Assembly: GCF_009914755.1 (NCBI RefSeq)
Contig: NC_060935.1
DNA: 64,000 nt
Source of the DNA: the human T2T-CHM13v2.0 reference genome, Homo sapiens
Strand: one strand, 5' to 3'
In this document: in pieces, positions 32,387 to 48,589 of the stretch
Layout: each line of letters begins with the position of its first letter
Numbering within the stretch: the stretch's first letter is position 1
Made by a program: the position numbers and the translations under genes
The notes under the pieces: model-generated
Databases searched by the model: none
Told to the model about the DNA's origin: nothing
The model's input: only the letters and a program-made list of their open reading frames with translations

Positions 32387-32747
32387 GTAGAAACTTGAGA
32401 TGAGACTAAGCCATGTTTTGTCAACATTTTGCTTCTCTAGCAAGCAAAATATCCTCAAATTGTGAGTTTACTTGAAAGATATGCTGGTATTTGAATCCCC
32501 AGGGCTGGGAAGATTCTATTTTACAGACATCACCAGGAGTGTGACACTCAGGCCTGAGAGTAAGGAGAAAGGAAGGAAAAATTAATGAGTAACCAACCAC
32601 TCTATTTCAGAGTCTGTTGTATGGGTGAGCTGGTGGTGATTGGCTTGCAAATGTGTTTTCCAGGAAAAAAAACTCTACAGGAGTGGTGGGAACAGGATGG
32701 GAGTGGGAGGGCACAGAGGGACCAACAGACCTTCCTTTTCTTTGCAG

Positions 32748-32773
32748 GTCTAGGTCTGAGGATGGCCCAGATG
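32748..32773 (+). pseudogene. 26-nt linker micro-exon
   Basis: Strong splice signals ccttccttttctttgcAG ... atg|GTGAGC. Confidence 0.55.
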
Positions 32774-32981
32774 GTGAGCAATTGTGTGGCTATTTAGTCA
32801 AATCCCAACTAGCTCAGCAGATAACTGAACATCCCTGAGGGGCTTGGGAAATATATGTGTTTGTGAAGTGCTGTGAGAATTTACCCAGTGTAGCTCAATC
32901 TGCCTCAGACTGACTTCTGACATAAATGAATTTTAAGAAAGTAGGCGTTTTCCTTCTTGAAGAAGCATAAACTCATATTAG

Positions 32982-33298
32982 GTTAGAATCTCAGGAGTTT
33001 GTATTCAGTTGATGTCTAGGCACATCAGAGATGGAGAGGAGATAAATGTCTCTCCAGCAAAGCCGCTGGGTTTGCACACCTGTCCCCAATATCTACACTG
33101 GGCTTGACAGAGGGTTTATGTAGACTAGTCAGAAAGTTGTGCAGCAGATATTCAATACTGAAATCAACGAATGCACTTTATTACTCACTTGCCTACTATC
33201 CCTGGATGACAATAAGACCTAGATCTACGGTTTAAAGTTCAGAAATATATGATGCTTCTCGATGGTTATGATCTGAATAACAGAAGTGAAGCGTTAAG
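32982..33298 (+). pseudogene. Exon remnant encoding EVH1/WH1-like (PH-fold) domain
   Basis: One frame reads LESQEFVFS*CLGTSEMERR*MSLQQSRWVCTPVPNIYTGLDRGFM*TSQKVVQQIFNTEINECTLLLTCLLSLDDNKT*IYGLKFRNI, then shifts to DASRW; donor aag|GTAAAT. RW and IYGLKF resemble EVH1 motifs. 5' boundary uncertain. Confidence 0.5.
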
Positions 33299-33425
33299 GT
33301 AAATATTGATGTTATTTAAGAATACTCAGTGAACTAACAGGTCTCTGATGACTGTGTAATTTATGCCTAGCCCCGTGAAGAATAGTACAAAATAATATGA
33401 CATGTGCTCCCCTGCACTTGTTATG

Positions 33426-33540
33426 GAAGATGAGACACACCTATGAAAAGCTGAAGTAGCAACACAGAGCAGGATGCATACAAACATGTGAAATACACAG
33501 AGATTACTGTGAGCTAGGAAGACGAGAAAGGCATCAAAGA
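33426..33540 (+). pseudogene. Exon remnant, repeat 2 N-terminal helix
   Basis: KMRHTYEKLK / TEQDAYKHVKYTEITVS*EDEKGIK; donor aga|GTAAGC. Confidence 0.55.
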
Positions 33541-33790
33541 GTAAGCCATTTGGTACTGGTCCCTGAAGGTCTTGACTGCGTGCAGTGATCTTAAAAGTGG
33601 GGTGTGAGATGACATACACTAGGGTGCAAGAATAAAATAGTAGGACTTCTATTTATATTTTCTCATCTTTGTTATTTCTCTTTTGTATGTTTATTACACA
33701 CATAATGTTAGAATTCTATACACGTATAAAACTTGTAAGTAAGTAAATATACATATATGGGGTATGTGCCCCCCAATTTTTTGATGTGCA

Positions 33791-34505
33791 TGTGCCAGTT
33801 ACAAAGTTATTTTCTTTCAGCTTCAAATTCACCCTTCATTTTCTGCTCTGGAAAAGTCAAGTTGGGACCTTTAAATATATTTCCTTTTACCACCCAGAAC
33901 AATGTTAAGCTCTGTCAGCAGAGGGCACAGGAGAGGCATTGCAAGAGGAACGGGGTTTTTTTCTTCCTAGCTCTGGTGTCCTCCCCTGAGGCTTCTGCAG
34001 GGAGGCACACTTCCTCCAGCCCCCAGGAACCACTTTCCTGCAATATGGGCAGCAGCTTCAGTGCAAGGCTCCACAACACCCATGGCCTCTCCAGCACTCA
34101 GCCCCTGCAGCATATAGCAATCAGCAGCACCCAGTGGGCAGCAGCTTCCCCAGGAACCCCCTTGGCGAGACACCTTCCCATGAACAGCTTTTCCTAGCAC
34201 CTAGATGGCAGATTTCCGGTAAGTTCTACTGGTGCAGTACCACATTGACTTCTCTGCCATTCAGTGAGTGATGGCTGTGCCCTCTCCAACAAGGTCTGTG
34301 TTTCAGCCTTGAGGGCAGGGAGGATCTCTTCCTTGAGTGCTCTGCTCCTCATATCTGCTAATCCTATAGTTTTTAGAGTTCATTGTACTTCTTGCTAGCC
34401 AATCCTTCATTAGTTCGATCCTCTGTTATAGTATTTATTTATATTAAGCTTTCCCTGTTTGAATTACTGGATGGTTTCTCTCCTGAATGGGTCCGGACTG
34501 ATTCA
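33791..34505 (+). mobile_element. ERVL solo LTR (MER54/LTR75-like), inside a probable hAT-Charlie remnant (33583-34550)
   Basis: TG...CA termini, 4/5 TSD gtgca/ctgca, cagcttcaaattcaccctt start. Confidence 0.6.
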
Positions 34506-34894
34506 CTGCACTTCTATTCATAAAAAATTTTGAGCATGCACTGACTGCCAGTATATGTATATTTTCTTGTTTATCAATTATATTCATGTATTATTTGACT
34601 AGTTTTCATGAACACATTAAAAACATACACAAAATTTTACTAAGATAAAGATGAAATATTGTATATTTGAAATATTGTCTTTGAACTATCTTGATTGTAA
34701 TGGCTTTATACTACAATTAGCAAATATCTGAAGTAACAATATGAACCAAATATGGTGAATCATTAATAGTAATGATTGAAATTTAAATTACATTTCAAAT
34801 AATGATTTGATTGGAATTAAAAGAGGGTACCTGTGTCCATCTTTATGTTCACTTTGAGTAGACTTTATTTTATTTTTAAAATAACAAACTTCAG

Positions 34895-34948
34895 AGCACC
34901 ACATTGCACACCTCTGGGGCATATGAATCCTCTTTGGACACAACTGAT
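34895..34948 (+). pseudogene. Exon remnant, repeat 2 activation-loop region
   Basis: acttcAG; STTLHTSGAYESSLDTTD (GAYESSL vs repeat 1 GDYESSV); probable donor decayed to CTAAGC. Confidence 0.62.
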
Positions 34949-35092
34949 CTAAGCTACCCCCTTGTCTCCTTTCTGGTCCATCACCTATACTCCAGCCATA
35001 GTGATCCACATAAAAATCACATCACTCACTTGCTTAGAGCACTTCATTGGCTCACCATCAGTCTTATGATAAAGTATGAAACTTATCTATAG

Positions 35093-35211
35093 ACAATTCT
35101 GAGTGGGCTTAGGCCATGGTGAATGTGATGGTCCAAATCCTGGCAGAACCAACATCTGTTTTTTTCTCTAGTCTTGTCACCTACCCTCGCTTGCCTCACA
35201 AACAGGCCTGA
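35093..35211 (+). pseudogene. Exon remnant, repeat 2
   Basis: TILSGLRP / GECDGPNPGRTNI vs repeat 1 LRP...EVDTWNHPGRGN; donor gag|GTAGGG. Confidence 0.65.
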
Positions 35212-35409
35212 GGTAGGGAACATACACTGAGGGATGCTGCACCAGGGCTTTTCCTGTTGAAACCCAGGCCCTGAGGCTTGGACTTCCTTCCTTTAATCTG
35301 ACATGTGACCCCTCCTCAGTTCTGAAAAGCTCCTAAGTAGATTGAGTAATTCCAGGTTCTACTTTCCCATGCTGTCTGCTGATTGTGTGCTTCTCTGTTC
35401 TTTCTACAG

Positions 35410-35815
35410 CATAATGCACTGCTACTTCATTGCAAGAAGCTTCTTATGTACTGGGCCCAACTTGATGCTTTACAGTTTGTTCTTAGGCTGGAAGTGTCAG
35501 CTTTTGGAGTGCAGGGGCAGTTGAAATATATCTGTCATCTAACTTGGCACTATCACCTTCCCAAGCACAGTGATATTGCCTTTCACACAGTGATGGCATT
35601 GCCTCTCAGGAATACTCTCCCAGGCTACCCCTCCACAGATGCTATGGTACCATTTCTCCCTATGCCTCAGTTTCTCCTAAAGATATTAACACCTGAATTT
35701 ACCTATGAAGTTGTTAAAAAAAATGAATTATGGCTTGGACTAGTACCTGTAATAGAGAAGGGATTTTCGATACACATTAATTATTATTTCTTCAAGGTCG
35801 ACAGCCAAGATAAAA
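35410..35815 (+). pseudogene. One or two exon remnants, repeat 2 core (overlaps ORF 35383-35829)
   Basis: Strong acceptor tgcttctctgttctttctacAG; HNALLLHCKKLLMYWAQLDALQF...LKYICHLTWHYHLPK; second acceptor at 35682 gives ILTPEFTYEVVKKNELWLGLVPVIEKGF...; donor aaa|GTACGT. Confidence 0.68.
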
Positions 35816-36826
35816 GTACGTTTCCATAGGTTTTCTCCCTGCAACTCTTCTCACACACTTCTACACCTGACTCCACCAGAAATCTGAAAAAGGCAGAATG
35901 CTCTTTCCTGCTATCGGACTCCTAGATGGGAGTTTCCCAGCAGGCACAAGTGCCAGCTGCAGGACACAGGTGTGCCACTAATGACCTACAGGTATGCTGA
36001 GATACAAATTTCCCCTCAGCTTTGTGGGAGGCCAGGTGGGCTCTCTTTACCCCCTAGCCTTACCTTCTCACCTGGTGGGGTTACCCCAGTGTGCACCAGA
36101 TGTGGCTTCCTGTGTTTACCACAACACAAAATATTAGGGAAATGCTGTTGGAATTACCTTAACACTCTTCTCCTAGTATCTCTTCTGTTGATCTTTCTGG
36201 CCTCAACTCAAATCTCACCTTCTCCTTAAATCCTTTCCTGCCTTCCTCAGCTAGAAGGAACAAAAGCATGTATGTGATGCAGGTTACCCCACCTTCTTCC
36301 ATAAGCTTCTACTGCAGTTATTGTCTGATCCATTGAGTAGACAGTTAAACAAATACTCAGCTACTGTCCTTGAGACATCACTTATATGCTATTGCGAAGT
36401 GAAAGAGAAGGATTGGCAGTGGGATTGATGGAACTCACCTTAGAGATCATCTGGTCAAATGATATATAGACAGAAAGGAAGTCTTATCAAGGTTAAGTGG
36501 AACTTGTTCAATGTCACCTGGAGCTGGAATTGGAGGTCCACGATTCTAATAACTGATCCACAGTTGTACTGCTTGCATTTCTCATGCTGTGTCTTTGCTC
36601 CCAAATATACCAGGAGCTCATTGGTGGCCCAGTCCCTTCCTGATTGTCTTGTGTCTACCACAGTGAGCCTGGCCCAGGGCCTTGCACAAAGTTGGAGCTC
36701 ATGAGATGTTTCCTATATGAATCTAATTGGTCACACTCAAGCATTTTCCTTTGCTTTCATTTGGGAATCAATCCTAAATCATTCCAAAGGGATGATAGTT
36801 TCTTTTCTGCTCATGATCTGTTTCAG

Positions 36827-36964
36827 GTCTAGGATGATACAACTGATAATGTATTTGAGCCTGTCCAGGAGCTGAGATTGGTCACTGTAGTTACAGTCAA
36901 AAAACGGTGATGATCCCATCAAAGGATGGAAGAAGCAGTTCCAAGAAGCTAATTGGAAAGACTG
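36827..36964 (+). pseudogene. Exon remnant, repeat 2 'WRLSFS'-equivalent region
   Basis: ctgtttcAG; V*DDTTDNVFEPVQELRLVTVVTVK/NGDDPIKGWKKQFQEANWKD (cf. MAB21L1 AWVLQFAEAE); frameshift in A6 run; probable donor decayed to ATGAGT. Confidence 0.68.
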
Positions 36965-37294
36965 ATGAGTCTACCATTTGTGCTTTCAAACTTGAGTCGT
37001 TTTACTAGTTCTCAAAATTTAATTTCAATACCTTCTTTGAAATGCGGACATTCAGCATCCACATTGTCCCTTGGGTGAAATGACTACTCCTGTATTTCAG
37101 TGTTCTAAATTATGAGCAATTAACATCAAGGCTGTAGCCTTAGCAACCTGTGCCTGGCTTGGGGGCTTTGCCCCTTCTGCTGGTTCTGTTTTCTTCCTCC
37201 CAACCTTCCTTTGACTCCCTGCAGTGCGAGCCCTCCAGGGAGGGAAGAAGGAGGAGAAGACACCCTGCTGCACATTACTTTTCTGTACTCCACT

Positions 37295-37381
37295 GATGCT
37301 CCTTTCCTTTTGTGATTTAATAACTTAAACATCTGACTTGAGAACATTGGAGATAGTAACAAAAGCCACTTTTTGAACCTT
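37295..37381 (+). pseudogene. Exon remnant, repeat 2 helical bundle
   Basis: DAPFLL*FNNLNI*LENIGDSNKSHFLNL aligns with repeat 1 ILLILKNIASRLMEEGPSDSQILNI; probable donor decayed to ATGAGT. Confidence 0.62.
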
Positions 37382-37559
37382 ATGAGTCCTTTGGAGACAA
37401 CTGTCACATTTTACAGTAGATGCAATTAAAAGTAATTTTGATCATCAGTAATAGAAGCTTCACTTACAGGTTCTATTATTTGGAATATAGTTATTTTTTA
37501 TTTCACTTTTTTCTAGTCATATTGTAACATTAAACATGCAAATTTATGCATTCTACAAT

Positions 37560-38040
37560 TCTACACTAAACTGTTACTGTGTGCCAGGCACTGCACTGCT
37601 ATGTTCCAGGTTCCCTACCTTCATGGTGTTTCAGCTAGGAGAATGGTGGACCGTAAGCAAATGATTACACAGATTGTTATTTAATTAAAATAGTGAGAAG
37701 TAATGCAAGAAAAAATACAAGATACTCAAGGAACCTGAACCAAAGGGGTAAAATCTGGTATGAAGAGTCAGGGAAAGTTTTCCCAAAGAACTAGCATTTA
37801 TGGTGAGGCTAAGGTGTGAATAGAAAGTACCAGAAGAAGAGGATCAAAGAGAAGTTGTTCAAAGAGAATTTCGTGATGAAAAATCAAGCCATGTTAAGTA
37901 TTTGAGATTTTTTTCCCCTAAACCACCATGGAAACCTACTGAAGGATTTTTAGGAGGAAAGTGATATGATCCTATTTGCATCTAAAAAATAACCCTTTAC
38001 CTATTATGTAAAAAAGACAGTGTCTTGGGAAATTGTCAAG
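37560..38040 (-). mobile_element. L2 fragment
   Basis: ctgtgtgccaggcactgc...gtcagggaaagttttcc. Confidence 0.65.
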
Positions 38041-38070
38041 GACTATGTTAATATCATCTTACCTTGATAG

Positions 38071-38277
38071 AATAGCAAAAGAGAGCCAATATCTGGTGTT
38101 TGGAAAAATATAATACAAATAAAGCATAAGACAAAAATAATATTAATTTTACACTGGTCTTCAAAACCAGTGTGGGTATTACTAAATGTCTCCTCAAAGA
38201 TGGTAATGCAGATGAACCGATAGTAATTGGGCCCCAGCTTCTCTGAGAGAATCCTAAAGATAGCAAAGCAGTGTGAA
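38071..38277 (+). pseudogene. Exon remnant, repeat 2 C-terminus
   Basis: NSKREPISGVWKN / FTLVFKTSVGITKCLLKDG / SFSERILKIAKQCE (cf. MAB21L1 LISCLQ...LENAAKQ); donor gaa|GTAAGC. Confidence 0.62.
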
Positions 38278-39588
38278 GTAAGCTTCCATATATGCATTTG
38301 TTTTTCTCTGGGCATTCTTTTTTGTTCCATCAGTTTATATTCCATCAATTGCATCAATATAATACTAATTATATTAGTAATTGTTGAACCTGCTACCATG
38401 AATCACCTCTCACTCAACTCCCAGCACAAATTTCCTACTCAACTTTCCTCTCCTCCCTCTTACATGGATTGATTATTCTTAGCCCTTCATTATTCCCTTA
38501 GAATTTTAGAATCAGGTTATCCAGCTCTATGAAAACCAATGTAACCATTTTTATTTTAAAAACTGCATTGCATTTATATATTAATTCGACTAGAATTTAC
38601 ATCTTTATAATATTGACTTTATCTATAGACATAATTTATTTCTCCATTGATTTAAGTGCTCATTAAGTCACTCAAAAATATTTATTGAGCCATAATATGT
38701 GCCAGAAATTATTCTAGAAACTGTTAAGCAGCGGAGAATAAAAGCAGAAAAAACACTGGCTTTTAGGACTTTATACTCTAAAAAAGTATAAAAGTGGGAG
38801 AAACAAATAATTACAAAAAATATACATGTTAAGAGGTGATGAGTACTGCGAAGACGAAAATGGTATAGAAAGGGTTAAAGAACGACGAATACTGTTTTAT
38901 AGAGGGGTCATAATAATGGTCTTCTTAAAATCATAAGTTTTTTTAGATTTATTTATCAGTACAATATAGTTTTAGATGCTAGCATAGACATTGTCTTCTT
39001 TTAAAGTTATGGTTTTTTTGGCTGGTGAATAAAAATGCTATTGGTTTTTGAAAATTGATTTTATATCCAGGAAATTTTTATATTTGGTTATTAAATTAGT
39101 TTGCAGATTCTCATAACGATTGTCATTTTCAACGTAACACAATTTGTCTTCCTTTTTAATCTTCCAGCTGATTATTATTTTTCTTAAGTAGGGCACTGTT
39201 AGGTCCTCCTGTACAATATTCTACAGAAATGGGGCAAGCAAGTATTCTTGTCTTGTTCTTAAAGGGATGGTTCTAGTGTTTCATCATTAAGAATGATGTC
39301 TTTGGTGAATGTTTGATGGACATATTTTATCAGATTAAAGATTCATAGCTTGCAAAATATATTTCTCATGAATGAGTGTTAAATTTTCATGTTTTTAGAA
39401 AACCTAATGAGAAGATAATATTGTTTTACATTTTCCATTTCCATCATGCTATGTGGTGGAATACATTATTAGATTGTCTAATGTTAAGTCATCCTTGAAT
39501 GCTGGTAATAAACCCTACTTTGTCATGATTTATTATTTTTTTCCATATATTGCTTCATTTTCCCTGCTTCTAATTTCTTCAGATTTTT

Positions 39589-41378
<1,790 letters not shown>

Positions 41379-42459
41379 ATTTCTTCAGATTTTTATAGCT
41401 TTATTCATAAAGGCAATTGGCCTATAATTTTCCTCTCTCCTACTGTTCATGTTGTTATGATATCAAAGTTACACTAGCTTCATAAAATGAATTGGAAAAA
41501 TTCCTTTTTAAAATCTTTCCTCTGGAAAATTTGTATAAGATATTGTCTCCTTGAAGATTATCTTAGAGGGCTTTTTGAGGTGGGTTTTAAATAACTGATT
41601 TGATTGATCTAATAGTTATAATTTTTTCAAGTTATCTATTCTTGATTCTGACGTTGGTAACTGGTTTTTTTCTAGTCAATTTTCCATTTCATTAAGTTTT
41701 CAAATTTCTTGGCATAAAGTTGGTCATAGTATTCTCTAACATTTCTAAAAGTTCCTAAAATACACATAGTTATGGCTTTTCATTTCTAACATTTTTTATC
41801 TCTTTTTTCTTGATTCTTTTTATCAAGGAAATAACTAATTTTAAAATCAGCTTTTGGTATTATATTTTTTCTTTATTTTTTCTATTTCCTCCCTTACTTC
41901 TATTTTGTTTTGACTTTTGCTTTTTGTTGCAGTTTGTCTTTTTTCCAACTTTTTGATGTGGTCTTTCATTGCATCTTGTGGGTCATCAGTTCTGAGTAGC
42001 TTCTAATTCTCATAATAATCACTGTTTTAACTGTTATTTAAAAGTGTGTTTTTGAACTTCCAAATCTGTGGACTTGTTTGACATTTTGTCTTTGACTTAT
42101 AGTGAATTTTGGTCGTAGAACATTGTCTGAAGAATACCAGTTATTTGGATTAACAGAGACTTACTTTGTAGCCTTGTATATAGTCAACTTTTATAACTAT
42201 TCCATGATTCCTTAAAAAAATTATTCTCTCCTGTTGTTGAATTCATGGTTCCATATGTGTTCCCTAGATCAAACCCTTTTGTTAATTGTGTTGTTCAAAT
42301 AATCGATATTATTATATATTTTGTCTGCTTGGGTTATCATTTACAGAAGTGTGTTTTACTTTCCCTCTATGATTGTGAATTTGTTGATTGCTCTTTCTGG
42401 CAAATATATGCTGGTTCAGGGTCATTATATCTTCCTGGCAAATTGTTCCTTATATTATT

Positions 42460-43345
<886 letters not shown>

Positions 43346-44064
43346 GCCATAGTTGCTTTAACCTGAATAATGTTTTTCACCTTGAAGACCATGCTTTCCA
43401 ACATTATATGAACTTTTGGTTAGTACTTATCGCATATATATATATTTCATTGCTTTCAACATTAATGTGTTATATCTTAGAAGTGTCTGTTGTAAATAAC
43501 ATAGAACTAGATTTTAAAATCCAATCAGTTTCATCTTTTAATTGAAGATGTAGCCATTTACATATATCGCCATGACTGATATATATGGATTTATTTCTCC
43601 CATTTTATGATTTTTTGCTTTCTAGTTAATATGTTAAATTTTTGTCTCTTTTATCTTTCTTCTTGCCATTTATTGGCCTTTTTTTTTTTTTTTTTTTTTT
43701 TTTTGGCCATCGTGTCTTTCTTTCATCAGTTATGTCAGGAACTTGGGACAGCTCCATTATACCTTTCTTTTGCTCTTCTCAAACATTCCATGAGTCACCA
43801 GTGTCTGTAAATCTCATTTTGCACATTTACCTTGAATCTCCACTAGTACTATCTGGGCCCAAGATACTATCATTTCTCTGCTAATTTTTTTTTCATAACT
43901 TTCTTACTGGTGTCCTGGAATCTACTCTTGCTGCTACTACAGAATGACTTCACTGGACTAGCTAGAGAAGTTAGTGGGAAAACAACTAGCCTACATTTTC
44001 CTCAACTTACCCACATTGTCCAATTAAATTGAGTACTTTTAACACCAAGACCTCATGAAAGGAA

Positions 44065-45065
44065 AATGATGTGCTCAGCTTTCTGACATTAGCATCTAGG
44101 TAAATGGCAATACTAGTACCGAAATGTAGAATACCAGAAATGAAACATATTTAGAGTGGAACATCATGAATTCAGTTTTGTGCATAGTGAATGTAAGGTG
44201 TCTGTACACTATCCAAGGAGTGACGCTGGTATAGGCTGTTAGATAAATGGGCTTGAAACTTAAAGATAAATCTTTACATTGAACATATTGAAGGCTTGGG
44301 AAAGGATCCTTTTAGATGGGTGAAGAGAAAGCAGTGCCTGGTCCCAAGCCCTGAAAACTTCTTACATTTAAAGGTCCAATGAAGTAGAAGCTTCCGCAAA
44401 GGAAATTGAAAAGATAAAGTCAAAAAGGAGAGGCAAGAGAATCTAACATCATGGAATCCAGGAGTAATGAGTGTTTTCACAAGGAGGGAGTGATCATTTA
44501 TAACAGATACCACTGAGAAGATGAGAATGGAGAGGTGTCTGTTCAGCAACATAGGGGCACATTGGTGACAGCAATTTAGGTAGAGCCCTTGGTGCCTGTC
44601 CCAGATAGAAGTGAGCTGAGGAACAAGTCAAAGATATGGAATTAGAGTTATTTCTTTTAAATAGGCTTTTAGAGAAATTTGGCCAGATAAGCTAAGAAAA
44701 TGACAAGCAGTAGCTGGGAGAGGGCCATGCTTTCAAGGAAGAGGTTTATTTAAAAATATAGAGTATATGTTTAAATATTAATACAGAGAATTCAGTGGGA
44801 AAGAAAAGACTGAAGAATGAGGACAGCAAAGATAATCCACTGAGTTTCTGAGAAAGCTTAGTGGGGTGGGGTATTCATCCTACTTGATAGGATGAGAAGC
44901 AACATTGAAAGAGGCATAAAGATGCAAAAAAGAATCTCCCAACGTTGGAAGAAGGATAAAGATGCAAACCTCTTTGTAGTGATGTTGGCAGCGAGTTAAG
45001 GCAGTTTCTGTCTAATGATTTTTGTTTTCTACGTGAAGTCAGAAGCAAAGTCATTTTCTGATGAT
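44065..45065 (-). mobile_element. L2 fragment
   Basis: catgaattcagttttgtgcat...aggtgtctgt L2 pattern. Confidence 0.65.
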
Positions 45066-45169
45066 GAATAAAGGTCAGAGCTTTAAGAAGAAATAGTAGG
45101 CCTGGTCAATCAATACATAGCTACATTTTGTTAAATTTCTAGTGTTAGGGACATATTTCTAATGCCCAC

Positions 45170-45320
45170 CAAAAAATCCAATAATGTGATTATTCTCATT
45201 CTATAGATAAAGAAACAAATGTTAAATAACTTACCCAAACTCATATGGCTGGGGTGTATGCCATGCAGATGGCAGAGCTGGGACTGAACCCCAGATTTGT
45301 TTGACTTTAAAACTGACACT
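45170..45320 (-). mobile_element. MIR
   Basis: attctcattctatagataaagaaac...gttaaataacttaccca...ggcagagctgggact. Confidence 0.75.
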
Positions 45321-45423
45321 AATTTGAAAAATTAAAAGAGTATGACAAAGACAAATTATCTCCTCCAGTTTTTCACTGGCTAGTTGGAAATTCTCTGCTG
45401 TCTCTTCATTGGCCTTATTACAG

Positions 45424-45502
45424 TTCATGTGGATATTTAAGATCGTTTTGTGACCCAGTTGAAAACTCTAACCTGCCTGAGCAGAATTAGTTGTCTTCAA
45501 TG
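45424..45502 (+). pseudogene. Possible exon remnant, repeat 3 N-terminal helix
   Basis: Good acceptor cttcattggccttattacAG; HVDI*DRFVTQLKTL; similarity weak. Confidence 0.35.
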
Positions 45503-45826
45503 GTTGCATTTATTTCTGATAAATGCAAAGCATCACTAGGACTAAAATAGAATTTGGGGTCAGATTCCTTCATGGCTGGGGAGCTCTGCAGCTGTGACAG
45601 ATGGATGAGGGAGCAAATGCTAGAGGGAAAAAGGAAAGAAAAAAGAATCTGTCCTAAACTGAACCTTTGTTCAGACAGTTAAGACTTGCCTCCCAGACAG
45701 GTTTTATGGATTGCTAGGGGTCTCAATTTGTGCCCTGATGTGTCTGAGTGAGTGTGATTTTCAGGCATCCAGACCCCTCCTCCCAGGCCCACCCCGCACA
45801 TATTCTGCCTTCACTTCCTTGCACAG

Positions 45827-45881
45827 TGAAACGCTCCATTGACTGCAAGGCTTATGAAATGAAAGGCTCTGATAATGGAGT
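45827..45881 (+). pseudogene. Exon remnant, repeat 3 GS loop
   Basis: ttcacttccttgcacAG ... gt|GTAAGC; KRSIDCKAYEMKGSDNG; phase 2 end fits next exon. Confidence 0.68.
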
Positions 45882-47192
45882 GTAAGCATTTTTGTCTTCA
45901 TGATTGTGGAAAAAAAAAAGCGATGAAATTACTAAGAAATCCTCAAGATGGGGTGGGGAAATGGGAACAAATGATTCGTTGGGAAAATAAATGCTTCAGT
46001 CTAAAAAAATCCAAGATGGAATAAAAGATGTATTCCCCTCCCAATTTATAGAGGAGAGCAATTTTTTGGTATTTTCTCAGCCGAAAGGAAGAAAACCTTA
46101 AATTTCTTCTTTTCTGTCTTTATGAGTCTAAACTATTTTTAAGACTTTAGAGTACATCAGGTTCTGATATCGTGTGCATTTTGTTTCTTTAACTGTAGTT
46201 GGTATTTTATATGGACTTCTGAGCAAACTGAATTGGAATTCTGCAAGGTCAGGGGACTGTTTCGTTTGTCTTTGCTCACCACGAAGCCTAACACCTCCTG
46301 CCATGCCTGACATTGTATAGGTGACAATTTTTAAAAAAATAAATGAATGAATTAGCGAATTAAACTTTCTTCTCAGAGTATTTTCACCAACAGTTTTCAC
46401 TGGCCTCTGGTTCTCATTACTTTCTCTTTACTGGCATTTTCAGGGGATTTCATACCTGTTTTAATTTTGCTTTTTCTAGTTGCTGTAGTTATTGTTTTAG
46501 TTACCAAAAATGACTTAAAATTGTGAAATATGTGAGCAGGATCGGGTCGTATTTACTGTTGAAATGTATCAGGCTTCTCCCTTCCAATCCTGCTCTAGCC
46601 ACAATCTGTAAGGTCAGTACTATGCCACACTGGTGGCCCTTGGGCCTCTAATTTGGGACACTGATACTGATCTCTGACCCCTGTTCTGCTGATGTACCCT
46701 ATAGCCTTGTAATTGCCCTTGAAGAAAGTCCTACTTGCTTTGGTTACTTACCCTTCAAGGTACTGAAATGTGACTGTGGCCCAGCTGTCCTCCAGGTGCT
46801 CCCATCTGACCACATGACTCTCCAATCCTGGCTCCCATGATTCGTTGCTGCTCAGTCATGAGGACATGTTGACACCTCATCTTGGTCTCTCTATGGCTAG
46901 CAATTTCTCTAAGCTCTGACATACCTGGGTTTTGGGCCTTCTTCTGCAAATGGATCACTCTCTCATACAGACTATTATTCTAACCTCCCGAATTCCCAGG
47001 TCCTGGCCCCTTTCTACCTATGCAGTCTTAATCTAACAATCTGCTAATATGTTGGTGTATGTACTTGAGGATTTTTTTCAATACTTAGACATAAACATAA
47101 CTATGCACACTTATTTTCGATAAACCTGAGGTCACTCTATGCATACTTCTTTGTAATCTGATGTTTTTCTCTTAATAAAACTCTTAATAGAG

Positions 47193-47292
47193 TTAATTAA
47201 TAGACATCCACACTAATTAATGGACATCCACATCTATTATAGACATCCATATTAATTAATAGACATCCACATTAATTAATAGACATCCACAT
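47193..47292. repeat. Minisatellite, ~5 x 20 bp (ttaattaatagacatccaca)
   Basis: Direct read. Confidence 0.9.
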
Positions 47293-47686
47293 CTTCATTT
47301 TAACTCATAATCCTCCTGGTTATTATTATTCCATTTCATGTTTATTACTATTACATATTTTAACCAATCCTCTGGTGATTAATAATTGAGTTGCTACAGT
47401 TTTTGGCTTTATGCTGTGATATAAATCCACATATATATATTTTTTACATTGTCCAATTATTTCCTCAAGTCCTAGAAATAGAAATTTGGGGCCAAATGTT
47501 ATATATATTTTATAGCTTCTGATCATATATTGATACAACTGGTCTAGGTTTACTATTGTATAGTTCCACAAATTGTGTTCAAGTGCCAGATTCAATTCTC
47601 CCTCATAAACATTTATTATTATTATTGAATTAGCTTTAATATATTATAAATTTTTGTGAATAAATACACACATAGTAAACTTATGA

Positions 47687-48107
<421 letters not shown>

Positions 48108-48589
48108 TTCCAGGAGACCATCTTTATAGCTGCTTTCATTTTTGCTTTAGTTGTTATAGTTATCCTGTTATTTAGTGTAGACCTCCAAGGTTTTTTTCTG
48201 TTATCATAATTTCATTGCTTGCTAATGTAATAGACGAAATATGGCATGGTGATTTTGACATGATTTGTGTTTATTATAACATTAATGCAGTTAAACATCT
48301 TTTTGTAAGTTTATTTAAGCCATTTCCTTTTCTTCTTTTGTGACTTGCCTGCTTCTTTTTTACTCATTTTTGTATTGGGGTTTATGTTTTTTCTTAGTAA
48401 TTTTTAAGATCTCTTTGAAATTAAAGGTGTCAGGTTTTGTTTGCTTTTTGATATTGCTGTGTTTATTCAGATACAAAATGTTTTTCCACTGGAATTTCTG
48501 CATTAGGCTTAGAATGCTCCTCCAACCCACACCCTCATTCCTGAGTTTATAAAAACTGCCTATATTAACAATAACAACAACATTAAGAA

